DNA of 64,000 nt, taken from the NCBI RefSeq assembly GCF_009914755.1, contig NC_060931.1, one strand, 5' to 3'. Both the position numbers and the translations under genes were made by a program. Of this stretch, positions 31,750-46,105 are shown piece after piece (the first letter of the stretch is position 1; the number at the start of each line of letters is the position of its first letter). The stretch comes from the human T2T-CHM13v2.0 reference genome, Homo sapiens. The notes under the pieces were generated by a model. The model saw only the letters and a program-made list of their open reading frames with translations, was not told the DNA's origin and did no database searches.

Positions 31750-32585
31750 TTTGTGAGTATGTAATTGCATGTAACCTGAGTTAAATCAAATCGCATATGC
31801 TGCCTGGTCAAATTCTCTTTTTCCTGCTTATCATATATTAATAAGGCCTAAGATACATCCTGGCTGTGGCACATGCAGACCATTCTTACTTTTGTGAACA
31901 TGAATTTAGGTTTCATGTCTTATGCCGATCATCTCAGAGAAATTTATTTCTTTGTCTTTTCCTGATATTAGTTACCATGGTAACTCTCAGCTTTCTCTCA
32001 CAGCCATCCTTGTTTTTTTTCCATAGATTTGGGAGACCATTATAGTATTTATTTGTTAATTTGGTGGTATAGTGATATCCTGGTTTCTATAAAGTCAGAA
32101 TTACCTGTTTTGTAGTGTTCTTGTTAATTTTAGATAACTTCTTAAAAATGATGATAGACAATTTTTATGTTACTGTATTCTTGATTGAAAGTCCCAGATG
32201 TTATATTTCTCAATGTTTCTTTAGGCAAGGAAAGTCCCTGACAGGGGCTCTGGAGCTAGCAGAAATACTATTGACTTTAGGTAAACTCTGTCCAGAACTC
32301 AAAGCTCAATACCTGGCTACCACATAATCCTTTGATTCTTGAGGTTCATATTACTCTTTTGGAATTTGTATGTGTATACATTTCTCTAGTTTGGTAGTTC
32401 TCCGTGACAGGGTTAGCTGCAATTAGTAGCTGTTCTGCAGCCAGAGAGATCTGATTTGATTTGAGTAGAGTAGGGTAAATCCTCATGTCCAGGACATTGT
32501 AGAAGACAGTTGCAATCTCAGGGGCAAACAAGTGGTAAAATCCAACGGTGCAGCTGCCAGAAGTTATGATACTGCTTGATGCAAG
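31750..32585 (-). mobile_element. Possible decayed piggyBac-like transposase 3' region
   Basis: Minus-strand peptides ATVFYNVLDM, ISLAAEQLL and frameshifted GIRHET-KFM-xxK(S)KNGLHV resemble piggyBac C-terminal motifs; recognised by eye only. Confidence 0.35.
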
Positions 32586-32975
32586 CATTCAGCCTTTCGC
32601 TACTAAAAATGACATTAGCCATAGATTTCTTGTGGGTATCTTTTTATCAAATTGTGCATACTATTATCTATTCCAAGTTTGTTTGAAAGATATTGAATTT
32701 TATCAAATGCCTTGTCTGCATCTATTCAGGAGATCATGTTTTTTGTCCTGATATTTTATTAATGTGTTATAGTACATTAATTGATTTTCAAATGTTAAAC
32801 TCACTTGGTATTCTGAGATAAACTACACTTGACTATGTCATATATTATTTTTATATAATGCTGGATTTTATTGTTAATATTTGTGAAAGACAGTTGCATC
32901 TCTGAGGGCTATTGTCATAAAATTTTCTTTTCTTGTAATGTCTGTGTTTGGATTTAATATCAAGGTAAAACCATG
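32586..32975 (-). mobile_element. Old L1M ORF2 fragment
   Basis: 'gaattttatcaaatgcctt', 'cattaattgattttcaaatgttaaac'. Confidence 0.8.
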
Positions 32976-35900
32976 TATTTGTATATATCCAGTAATGTAG
33001 CCTATTGTTACTTAGAACTCAGAAAACTCCCAAACTGATCTCATTATTTATTCCACACCTGGAACTTCTAACTTCCTTTTTCTGATTCCATAGATGTATC
33101 ATTCTTCCAATCGATCCCATTATTTTTCTGTTTTCAAAAACTAGAAACATGGGAGACTAGTATGTCCCAATTTTCTCTGCCTATATCTAGTCATTAACAG
33201 ATGCTATTGGCTTGCATTTTGACAAAATTCCTATCTAAGAAATTGTTAGTCCAAAGATTAGCATTTGTTTGTTCAGCTTTTTGCTCCTTGTCACAATCCA
33301 TAGCTTACAATAACATTGATAATAAACTAAGATAAAAAGTAAAGAGCACTGAGACACTATCATCTCAATCCACATCCTCAATATCTTCCTACCAGACTTC
33401 AGTAACAGCCTCTTCTCTTGCCAGATTTATAATACCTGGAACGTAGTTAGATGTAATACATTTTTGTAGAACTGAGCTGAATTATCTAAAAAGTCATCCT
33501 CCAACTTGTCCCTCTTTATCTTCTACTATTTTCCTACATCAGTTCTTGACTTCGAACAGTTCTCCTTCATATCCCCTAACAAGTTATAAATTTTCACATC
33601 ATGCACATGTCTGATTACCTACAACATCCTAGTCTCCCTTTTTTTCTATCAAAGCAGTTCTACTGACTCTTATAAACTCACCTCAATTTTATCTCCTCTC
33701 ATAAGACTCAGTCTCCTCATGAGACTGAGATATACCTCTTCCTGAGGCAAAATTAATTAGACATTCATTTATATGGTTTAAACATTTATGGCACTTCTAT
33801 TGTAAAACTTAAAACTTTGTATATCTTTTTTTTTTAACTCCATTTAAATAGTAGAAGGGAATTTATGTTACTGTTTGTTTCACGTCAATTTTCTAGTTAA
33901 ACCTGGTCAGTATTCAGGCAAGTCCTTACTCGAAATAATGTAAAATAATTTTCTGAAAGATGCCATTAGTGTGTTTAATATATTTGAAAATAACTAATAG
34001 AAACTTTATAATTTTCATTTGGAAAGCCAGATGCAAGATCACATATTAAATATGCATTTCACAGATGAATTTTTACAAATATAAGTCAGTGAGAACTCTA
34101 TGTCTTGTGAAGATGTCATGTTTTCTTATTGGCTTCCGAGGATACTTTGGGTAAAAAAAAATGTTTTCATATGAATAATAACACTTTCAAATTTGTAAAT
34201 ATATGTCATAACATAAATTTAGCATTTAGTTTAAAATAACTCTGGGAATTCATGCAAACACATTATTCAAGAATTACTCCATTGTCACAATATTTTTATA
34301 GTCATTACATTTTGCATGTTTAAACTTACTCAATTTGTATAAACTTTAAGTGATTTGAGATGTTATATTCATTTTCAAGTATCATTTATACCAAATCATA
34401 TGTTTTGGCTATCTTCTCACATTTGTGGCACTCTGCAGAAATCATACACATAGCTCTAATCTCTGGGGGTTAATAATGTCAGAAATCTAGACAGATCCGA
34501 AACAGTAAATAAAAGTAGAAGCATTCTCTAAATGAAGATCAATATTCTAGATTCAAACTTCATTGACAAGACTCCTTGCAGATGATATTATATAGCTCAA
34601 TGAAGAACTATTTTTAAGTGACATATTAGTTATCTATTACAGTGTAACAAATCACCACTTTCTTGATGCACCAAAAGATAGTGTATAACAATATGGTAGG
34701 TGTTTTTTAGTCCCCAGAGTTGGGAGTAAGCTGACGCGCAGCAATGATAGCTAGAACATCTAAATGTCTGAAGGCAAGTCATATCTTTCTGATATACCGA
34801 ATATTTAACATGTATCAGCATTTAAAAAGTCAAACACGCTCAGGTTTCTGGGAGATAATGTAAAATATTTTAGGATGGGCCTGGTCTTCTTGTTCCAGGG
34901 CAGGGGCCCTATCAACAGCTGCTGGGGAAATAAACAAGATAGAGTTTACAAAGCGTTTTACCATTTGTAATGCTAATTTGGTTTTGGTTTTATAACGTTT
35001 TACTGAATTAAAAGAAAAAGGATACAAGAAAAGCCAAATAGTAAAGTTGGTTGAATAAATCCTGTGTTGTAAGATTTTAAAAATACAAGAAAACTAAGTT
35101 TTTATAGCAATGATGCAATCTAAACCCATCCAAAAAGAATATTTTGTAAAAAGTATAAAGGTACTTCACGTAAACATACCTCAATTATTTTTAAAGGAAA
35201 AATAGAAAAATAATGAAGCTGTAGTGAGTGCTCAAATTTAAATTCATCACTCTTTTATTTAGCATTTATATCTATATTAAAATCATCAAAACCTAAAGTT
35301 TACTGGAATAATATTGTCATATTTTTAAATGCCATGCCAATATTAAGCTATGGTTTTATAGAAATTCCTTAGACCATAATATACACTTCAGTATGTTGCC
35401 TATGGAAAGGTTGCTGCACATTGTTATACAAATAGAAGAAAGAAAATTGTGACTAATATCTGAACTCAATGCTAGATGAGAAAAAGCAAAGGATTCCTGT
35501 ACCAACTGCTAAAGCAGGATTAATGTAGAGATTCATGATATACAGGCTCATTTACTATACATGGTTTTATGTTTATTATTAACCAAAAGACCCTAGAGAG
35601 TTTAGCTTGCAAACTTACTTTGAATACCATGTATGTGATGCTTCTACTCTTAGATTCTTATGTAAGATAGCCACAGACATTATTCTCTACTTGAGAATAG
35701 ATCAAATAATGCCTTCAGGTGGTAAAAATTTGCTTATATTTTTAGTTTCATAGCAACACAGTGCAAAGACTGCCCCTGGAAACTGTCAACTTTAAAAGGA
35801 AGGCCAGCACATTTGAATATCATTTCTGGAGTTGGTAGCCAGTGGCTAGATGACTACAACCTCTCAGCAACTGAATTTCTCCACAAGGTTCTCCTTTAAG

Positions 35901-36899
35901 GGCAGCGGTCCACCTAAACTAAAATGAAAGAATTTGAAATGCAACTTACTTGCAACACTGGGAGTGCTTATGCTAACAACATAACCAGAATTTATGAAAC
36001 ATATGCCAAATGTAGCTTGAATTTAAAGAAGTCCAACATCTATCTGATATATTATTCACATTCCTTAAATTGGAATCAAAATGTCACTGGTAAAGTTTCC
36101 AATGCTAGCTGAAAAGTTATATGTCAAGTCATGGGATCAAGACTGCAGTTTGGAACACCAGCCTTCTAACTCTGATGCTAACCACTCTTCTGTATTCTAA
36201 TTCTTAATCAGATAGATTTTTCCTATTTTATATCCCTGTCAACTGTTTAGTAATTTCCTCGCTAGGTACAGGTGTCAGTATTTGCCCTAAGATTCAGCCA
36301 GGCAGCATTTCAGTTTTCATGATTACTAAGACTAACAGAGCCAACGATCCTAAGTCAAAGGTATAAAATATCAGTACAACAGTTCACCTCTCAGGGACCA
36401 GACCCAATTTAACTCTTGGTTCTTCACTGACGTACTTCCAGGGCTAAAAGCCTTTAGTTATGCTTGCAGTTTATCCAATTCCTTGTATCTGTTTTGACCT
36501 GAGGTTTAGATTCTTCACTTTTTAAGGTTTGATTTTCTTTTAATACAACTCCAGGGTTTTATAAACTTTGTTGAAATTTTTAATTCCTCTACTAAGAAAA
36601 CTCTAACTGATCTCTAACACCTGAATTTCAAAATTTTCCTTATGAAAGTCAGGTAAGAAGGAATAAAAGAAATGAAGTTTCTAGCATGTATAAATTATTA
36701 CTCTAGCTGATTTATATATTTAATCTCATTATTCTACATAATCCAATGTATTACTGTACATGTGCTTTACAAATAAGAAAACTGAGCCTCATAAAAGTTA
36801 GGAAATTGCAAACATACTTCTTCCAAAGTAAAGGTAGATATGAAAAAAATTGAATATCTATTATTCAACTATTAAAAATAGAAAACATTCCATTTATAT

Positions 36900-37510
36900 C
36901 AGTGGTTCTCAACCAGTGGTGATTTACCCCATCCCCAGGGGACATTTGGCAATGTCTGGAGTTATTTTGGGTTGTCACAGGAGGTGGGAGGAATGATACA
37001 GTTATCTATTCTATAGATAGATGCCAAGGATACTGTTAAACTTTCTCCAATCCACAGAAAATGGCTCCAGAACAAAGAATCATTGACGTGGTTGACTCTG
37101 TGTCCCCAGCCAAATCTCATGTTGAATTGTAATCACGAATGTAGGGGGAGGGACTTGATGGGAGGTGACTGGATCATGGGGGCAGATTTCCCCCTTGCTG
37201 TTCTTCTGATAGTAAGTGAGTTCTAATGAGATCTGGTTTTTTGAAAGTGTGTAGCACTTCCCCTTGGCTCTCTCTCTCTCCTGCTCTGCCATGTGAGGAT
37301 GGTGCTTGCTTCCTCTCTGCCATTCGCCATAATTGTAAGTTTCCTGAGGCCTCCCTAGCCATTTACCTGTACACCCTGCAGAACTGTGAAGCAATTAAAC
37401 CTCTTTTCTTTAGTAATTAGTCTGCCTCAGGTAATTCTTTATAGCAATGTGAGAACGAACTAATGCAATTATCTAGTTCAAAAGGTCAATAGTATCAAAG
37501 TTGAGAATTT
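36900..37510 (+). mobile_element. MER20 DNA transposon split by a MaLR solo LTR
   Basis: 'cagtggttctcaacc...ccagggacatttggcaatgtctggag' then 'aaaaggtcaatagtatcaaagttgagaa'. Confidence 0.85.
37084..37467 (+). mobile_element. MSTA/THE1D-like solo LTR
   Basis: TG...CA ends, 'ctgtgtccccagccaaatctcatgttgaattgtaatc', 'gaactaatgca'; TSD atcat/attat. Confidence 0.9.
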
Positions 37511-38344
37511 TGGATGTAGATTAATAAAACACACATTTCATTTCAATTATTACAATGCACTGCTTACAATACTATTTGTCTTCAAACTTGGAACCCTGTA
37601 TTCATAGAACTAATGTGTGGAATTATCCTAGGAAGTAATTACATGTAATTGATGACTAATGGGACCATAAGAATAAATCTAGAAAAGTGATTCCCCCTTG
37701 CTCTTTTATTAAATAAATACAATTCCATACAATCTTCCTACTCATAACCTTGTTTAATTAAGTTTTGGTTTGTATTAAATAAATTGAAATGTACAAAGAT
37801 AAGTCACTATGAATTAATAAGAGTATAATATTGTATATAAAAAACAATGTTTGTATATAGTTGTTTGATACAGAGCTGCACTCACTGAAGTACTTATAAA
37901 ATAACTGCAAAAGCAACTTGGAAGGAAACCATATCAGAAGATATTCTGAAAGATTATAAAAAGTGTGTCTTATCATGAGCATATAAAAATATGCTGATCT
38001 CATCTATCAAGAGGAAAAAAGTTGTTTCCCTACAAAACATCTTATATTTTAATGAAAGAAACAACTATAACAAACTTCAGTTGTTCAGAAGAATTTGGAG
38101 AATGACAAGTTAGTATTATGGAGAGTTGACATTATAGAATATGATAATGTAAATGCACTTGATCAAAATATATTACCAATGGCCCCTAAAATTATAAGAT
38201 TATAACCTATGTACTATATTAATGATTCTCTCCAATGTATAAACTAAAATAATCTATAATTAGCAAAGAGATTACCTTTAACTAAATGCAAGTTTCTGAA
38301 ATTCGTGGGGAGACTAAAAATATTTTCCTCCTGAGGTGGTGCTT

Positions 38345-38712
38345 TATTCTTCTAAGTCTGCTATAGCAAATTACCATAGACTATGTGGTTTAAACAGACA
38401 TTTGTTTCTCACAGTTTCAGAGGCTAGGAAGTTCAGATCAAAGTGAGAGAAGTGTCCATGTCAGGCGAGGGCTCTCCCTTTGGGTTGCAGGAGGTGATCT
38501 ACTCACTATGGCCTAACATGGTGGACAAAGAATGAGCTCTGATCATCTCTTCTGCTTCTTAAAAGGCCACTGATCCTTTTATGGGAGCCCCACCTTCAAG
38601 ATCTCATCTAAACCTAACTATTTCCCAAAGACTCTACCTGCAAATACCATCATATTTGGGGGTATAAATTTTATATAAATTTCTGGGGGATACAGACATG
38701 CAGTATACAACT
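38345..38712 (-). mobile_element. MLT1A-like MaLR solo LTR
   Basis: 'ctgctatagcaaattaccatagact', 'ttctcacagtttcagaggct', 'aaacctaactatttcccaaag'. Confidence 0.85.
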
Positions 38713-38910
38713 AGTAGTTTAATCATTATTAAGAAATGTATTTATATTTCAAAGCTTTTCTTTATAAGCATTACAAGTATAATTCTTATTCTAACCTTTA
38801 CATAGATTGTTATAAGTTCTGATCACTGAAGTCTGAATTAATTAGATTTTACTCTAATCTCTATTACTTAATTCATAAAGATTGAGAAAGCTTCCTCATT
38901 GGTAATTCTT

Positions 38911-38950
38911 AAATAAACAAAATAAATAAATAAATAAATAAATAAATAAA
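38911..38950. repeat. (AAAT)n microsatellite
   Basis: Direct reading. Confidence 0.95.
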
Positions 38951-39449
38951 GCAATTCTTAAATGCTTTATGTAAGTATGGTGTCATTTTAACACAATTCC
39001 AAATAGAATGTACTTTAATATTTCTTCTTAATGTGATTTTTCATTTCTTTTGTAAGCACAGATGTAGAAACACTTAACATCACATGATTAAGTTTGCATG
39101 TCATAAAATTTCTAGGATCTTTGTGGAAGTTGCCATAAATCGGCATGTTTCTGATGCTGCTGAACAGCAGTAACTTTCAAAGAAGAGAAATTTTCACATT
39201 TTTCTGAAAATTACTCTCTCACTACAGGTTCCCATTTCCATTCAAATTTGACATATGACTCACTTTTAATCAGAGAAAATCAACCATGGAAATCAAATGC
39301 AAAGCAGCATAGTCCCATGGTGAATGTTTCCTCTAATGAGGGCTTAACTTTTGGTTACATGAGGTATCTAGCATGCAATGTTAGAACTACTAAGCCAAAA
39401 AAAAAAAAAGTGCAAACGAATCTGTGTTAAGTTTCTCCAGAAAATATCT

Positions 39450-39960
39450 GCACAAGAGAAATGAAAACATGTCCACACAGACTTGTATGTGCATATTCAC
39501 AGAAACACTATTTACAGTAGCCAGAAAGCAGGGAATAAACCCAAATGCCAATGCGAATTGTTAAACAAGATGTGGTAGTGTATTCATACAATTGAATACT
39601 ATCTTACAATATAAAGCAATGTAATATGGATACATATTACAACATAGACTGACTTCAAAATACTGTGTTAAGTGAAAGAAGCACAGCTCCATGAATCCTA
39701 TAGCCACAAGGAACTGGAAGCTGCTGACAACCAAGAGCGTGTAAATGTGGATCATTTCCCAATCAAGCATCTGATGAGAACCCAGTTCTGGATGGCATTT
39801 TAATTGCAGCCTTAGGAGACCCTAAACAGAGCACCCAACTATGCCATGACCAGATTTATGACCCACTGAAACTATGGATAATAAATGTGTTGTTTTAAGC
39901 TGCTAAGTTTGTGATAATTTGTTATGCAGCAATGAGAAGTACCTTTAATAAAGCTGTTCA
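39450..39960 (+). mobile_element. Old L1M 3' fragment with an MLT1 LTR fragment (~39700-39935)
   Basis: 'gaaatgaaaacatgtccacacagacttgta' and 'tgttttaagctgctaagtttgtgataatttgttatgcagcaat'. Confidence 0.75.
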
Positions 39961-41967
39961 CAAATTTCTCCAGGAAGTAAGACAGAAATTTCCCTATATT
40001 ATTCATATAACTTTCTCATAATTAATGAGGTCATAATTTCTTCAGAAGTTCAAGTTCACCTAAATCATACATCCCTTTGGATCTCAGATTTTGCACTTAA
40101 ATTTTTATCAAGAGTCATGATGAAAACACAAAAACTAACTTGATATAGCTTGGCTCATTTGTGGAGACTTCAAGGTTAAACCAGCCTAATTAAGATGTTA
40201 ATATACTTTTTAATGATTTTGGCTCTGTTTTTCTATTTATCACACATTCTTCAAAAGAACTAAACGTTAACACCATCTGCATGCTCTCTTTTAGTGGCAT
40301 AAACATTAATGTGAGATGTTTTATTTAAAAAGTAGAACTAGGCTAACTATGTGATATGATGAAGAATTTGTTTTCTTAAGCTTGAAAACAGAAAATATTT
40401 GGTTGCCTTAATATATTGAGGACCACTAGAATAATGTATCCTTACTAGATTTTCAAAATCTTGAAAAAAATACTTCAGCATATCTGTGGTTATATCAAGA
40501 AATATTACACAAAAGTCAAGTTTTTTAATATTATAAAAAATTATGTAATGCATACTTTAAGTGAACTGAGATAACGATAATGGAAAATTAGAAAATCAGA
40601 TACCGATGAGTAGGACATGAAGTTGGAAATCAGTTTATCATCTTGCTGACATGAGAACTATCAACATTCACTTTCTTACTTCTCATTCTGAACAAATGGG
40701 AATGTCAGATACTAAATTTAGACTGAACTCATCAGTGCTTGGGTTCGACATGGATGGAACTGAACTATTATCAGAGTTGTACTAGATAGACTAAAAGAGC
40801 GTCAAAGGCAAAATGGTCAGGCACAAAGTATCATTGAGACTTTGGTATGGAAGGAGCAAAGCAGAGAGACTAAATTCTAATGTGAGGCAAGAATGTGTGT
40901 CTGAGAAGACAGATTCCAATGAAGAGAGATCAAAACAGCAGGAAACAAACTGAGCCAGGGTATATTTCTTGAACTGGGTACCTGTGGTCTAGCGGATGTG
41001 TGGGGAGCAAGTTTATTAAGGGTGTAAAACCCACTGAGATAGAAATGCTATTTGAAATATATGAGAGAAGGAAAGCTGAGGTAAAACTACATTAAATGAA
41101 GAGTGAATGAATAAAAACACATTCTAATAAAACTAAAGTAGTTGAAGAATATGAAGATTGTAGAAAAATTAAGGGAAGAACAAATAGGGATCTGATGGAA
41201 GCCCTTAAACAGATAAAAATAAAGATGTTTAAATACTGTGGAAAGAATGACACAAAAGGGTATTAATTAATTCCATGAACATGCCTAAAATACTACAGGT
41301 GAATGCCATAATAACAGAAGCAACAAAGCAAATAATTTGAGATGTATTATAATCTTGTAGTATTAGTGTTCCGTATATTACAGAGTTGTACTAGGATTTT
41401 AAAAATTTGTGTACTCTTGTTGGTTTCTGCTTATTAGTGCAAACTGCACACATCCTAATTTGGATATATCTGGAAAATGTGAGCTACACGTTGCACATTG
41501 CAAAAAAAAATTTTTAAGTGTGAATATTATCCCTGATATTTAAATAACACATACAAAAAAAGGTTTTAAAACAGGATGATCACTGATCATTGGCAGTGGC
41601 CAGAGTGCTGCTGCCTCTAGAAGGATTTTGAGGTCGAGTTCAGATTCAGTAGGAAAGTTTAATATTTAATTATTCATGTTTTCCATGGTTAAAAGAGGAG
41701 AGATGGGAAGTATGCCTGGTTTAGTAGTTTACCTTGTAATGCTACAATGTACTCAAAATCAGTGTGATCCATTATAGAGGATTATGCCCAATATCTGATG
41801 GTTTACCTTAACAGGAGAGTTAAATAGCAGTTTTCACTAATTCAAAAAGTTATATTGAATACATTACAGCCCTGTTTTTCTTCTTCAGTATGGGTTAAAA
41901 TAAAGGAAATATATTTCATGAAGGATTTACCTTAAAATTAGAATTTTCTGAATACAAGTATGGACTC

Positions 41968-42335
41968 TGATATGCTTTGGCTGTGTCTCCACCCAAATCT
42001 CATCTTGAACTGTAGCTCCCATATTTCCCACATGTTGTGGGAGGGACCTGGTGGGAGATAACTGAATCATGAGGGTGGTTTCCCCCATATTGTTCTTTTG
42101 GTAGTGAATAAGTCTCAGGAGAACTGATAGTTTTAGGAAACACTTTTTGCTTGTTTCTCATTCTCTCTTTGCCTGCTACCATGTAAGATGTGCCTTTGCT
42201 CCTCCTTAGCTTTCTGCCATGATGTTGAGGCCTCCGTGCCCATGTGAAACTATGAGTTCATTAACCCTCTTTTTCTTTATAAATTACCCAGTCTTGGGTA
42301 TGTTTTTATTAGCAGTGTGAAAACAGACTAATACA
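41968..42335 (+). mobile_element. THE1 (B/C-like) solo LTR
   Basis: 'tgatatgctttggctgtgtctccacccaaatctcatcttgaa...aacagactaataca'; TSD gactc/gattc. Confidence 0.93.
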
Positions 42336-42984
42336 GATTCATTTGGCTGTTATGTTAGTGAGAGAAGTTACACATGCTGTTCAATTTGCAATGCTTTATT
42401 TAATCAACTTACAAATCATGTATGTTTCTGTCACCCTTTCAATAAATATTCTTACTTTGTATTTTAAAATAGTAAAGGGTTTTATAATAGTAATTTTCTC
42501 TGAAAATCCTTTAATTTAAATGTGCCAGTTCATTTTACATTCAAAGAATACAAAAGAAAATAATTTGAATTATGATGACCTATTCAATATATTTAATTTT
42601 TTTATGAATGTTTAGTCTTTTACTCACAAATTCAATTGTGAAGTGTAAGCAAACAAAATTTTATATTTCAATTTATATCTCTATTGGGAAAGAATAAAAA
42701 ATTTATTTTTAAAAATTACTAAGAGTGATAGATCCCAACAGTAATCTCTGAGTCAATTATTTTGTGTTTTATATTTAATAAGCCTTGATCTTTCTTGTCA
42801 AATTTGGTTGCTCTAGCAAAAGAAAATGTCATAATAGTCATAGTCATATAAAAATAACAATATTTTCTTTTCCAGATAATCCTCCCAACAAAAAAATTGT
42901 ATCAGCAGTAGAATAGTAACTTTTAGAATCTATGTATTCATGTCCTGTGCATCGTTACTGTCATCTATTACAAAACCTGACCAA

Positions 42985-43135
42985 ATTTCAGAATTACATG
43001 TAGAGTTTTAAAAGCACTGATATTCCTAGATCCTAGTCCCAGTCCACTAAATCAGAATCTCTAGGATAGAGTATTCAACAAGTTATGTATTTAAAAGCTC
43101 CACAGTGGCAAGTGATCAGCCAGGCTTGAGAGCAG
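42985..43135. mobile_element. MER5-like hAT MITE
   Basis: 'actaaatcagaatctctagg...tttaaaagctccacagtg'. Confidence 0.6.
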
Positions 43136-44209
43136 TTCCCACATCTATCTAAAGTATTCGTGTATACGTGGGCGTGTGGAGATGGTCAATAGCGAAGAGA
43201 AAGTCCTTGTGTTAATATTTATTGCTGGTGCACTTGTATAGTCCTTATAAAGAATCTTTTAATAATATTGACTTAAGGCCACATTTAGATCACTGCTAGC
43301 TGCTTTTTAATGATTTCTCACAAAAACTCTTGAGAATTTTTGAGCATTTGACACATGTGATATACTAGAATAGAAAAAGTGTAGAAATGAACTGTGCCAA
43401 TAAAAAAGTCCTTTAGCTAAAAATAAAAATAAAAAGTTGAAAAACATGCATAGAAAGAAGAGGGTTGATTTTAGCTTAGTGACTAGATAAAAGTAGATTA
43501 AGTAACTGTTGTTGTTTTGACACAATTTAGGAGATTATTGACCTTCATTTCTTCAGTGGAGGAAGTGAGATTTGTTGCTTACAGCTAGTGATTTGAATCC
43601 AGGCCTTTTTAGTTCAAAATGCCTCACATGTCACTCTTAGCCCCTTTAGATGTCACTGTCAGTCCCTTTACTAGAGAGGCTGCCTATCTTACATTCACAT
43701 CACAGGCCACTGAACTTCTTGAATTTCTTGGATGACATGGCATACTACCAAATGTGATACATAAGTATAGTGACAAAAAAAAAAATAAAAGAGAGAGTAC
43801 AAAGTAAAGTTTCCTGAGACAATTTCAGCTGGAAACACAGAAATCAGTAAGATGCTGGGACTGCTGCAGGTTGTATTTCAAAGATGTCTGAGGTAGGAGG
43901 TACAAAGACCCTTTGGAAGTAAACATATCAGAAGTGGTGGGGACTAGAAAGAAACAAGCATATTTAGATGGAACTCAAACACCCATATTTATTTATTTAA
44001 GGAATCCCTGAAAATGGGTATAAACTTCCTATCAAACACAGAGATGATATGGCTGATTTAAGATGTTTCAGGCTTCATAAGACACTGTAATAATCAATAT
44101 AGAGGAATAAGGTTGTAAAGAAACTGAAAATTATTTGATGAAACAAAATTGACAATATAGATAATAGAGAAATATCATGCAGAGAAGGAGGTGAGACAAA
44201 AACAGGATT

Positions 44210-44684
<475 letters not shown>

Positions 44685-46105
44685 AAACTTACAATTAATC
44701 CGAATCTTCAAGAAAGATTTTTTTAAAATGCAGATTCTTAGGAATGACACCCAAGAATCCTGACTCAGTAGGTCTGAAGTAAGAGTCATAAATCTGAGTT
44801 TCGATGGATTCCCCAGGTGAGTCAGATAGGGAATTAAATGTAGAAATCACCAGTTCTTAGAAAGAAAGCTATTCTTGGACTCTCAAAATATGAATTCTAC
44901 TCTGTCACTTAGTAATAAAGCCAGATGGAAAATATTATTTTAAGTTTCTAGGCCTCGATGTAAAATTAGGGACATGAACTAGAATACAAGGCATGAACTT
45001 CTTTGCTCAACTAGAGTAGTCCATGGAACCCCAAGAGCTGAGCAGTCTTGATGAATTAGGAATGGGACCCAGAGCACTGTCTGCTTAGCCATCCTCCCCA
45101 ATGGCCAATAGCCTCAGAGAGGACTTCTCAGAGCCCCTCAGAGTCCAGGTTGAAAACCATGAAATTAATGCATGCTAAGATCCCTTCCATGTCTAAGAAT
45201 ATAAAATCAGTAAGACTAGTTCCTGGCATATTAATTAGTTATCACTCAAATGAGGCAATTGGAAGATGGAGGGTCAGCCAGAAGTTCCAATTATTAGAAC
45301 AAGAATTCTGTCTTTAGGTGGGCAGTTGGACAAATAGGCTGTTCAGGGTCAGAAAAAATGGTTAAGGAAGATGCAATGTGTGCCTCTTCTTTTGCACATG
45401 GCAGAGATACATTTGATAGGAAGTCTGACGTCTGTTATATGAGCCAAGAAATCCAGGCTTCCATGGCAAATGTCATAATGATGCATGAAGTTGTGATCCA
45501 TCATGTCTTTGGGTCCATAATGGAGTATCACATCAATTCCGTCTTGCTCTGTTGACAGTTGACGACATGCTCTCTAAACTGAAAAACTAATGCCTTGCCA
45601 AAGGAAAATATTATTTAAAGGTTACTGTGCTTTTTAACTTTTTTTTTACTTTATTAACAAATAATACTGAGATCATCATCTTTATCTCAAAAGATTTAGG
45701 TATTCCTCCACAAATTTATTTTACAACCACATTCTAAGTTGTACAGACATCTATATCAATTAATGTATTCCATTTTATTTTAACCGAGTACATCTAATTT
45801 GCAAATAAAACATCCCCAGGAGGTAGAAATAATACTCTGATTTCTTTACTGAATTAGCTCATTAGTGTAATGTGTATATATACACTACTTTATTTTATGT
45901 AGTAGGAACATTTCGTGGACACTTTAGAACAGTAATTAAGTATTTAATATGTAAGATAATACCCATAGATATGTCTTTTCTATCTCTTTTTTTTTCTTAT
46001 GGACACATTACCCTTTCTTGGCTCTCTAAGCCTCTCACCTTTATGCTAATAGTCACTATTTAAAAATACTATTTAAGACTCTTAAAAATTTTGTAGACAA
46101 GTACA

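Noticed and set aside
32346-32588. EQLLIAANPVTE resembling the myosin motor ANP..E motif or a bornavirus nucleoprotein C-terminus
   Set aside because: No FGNAK motif follows and there is no extended similarity; the piggyBac-like reading explains more motifs.
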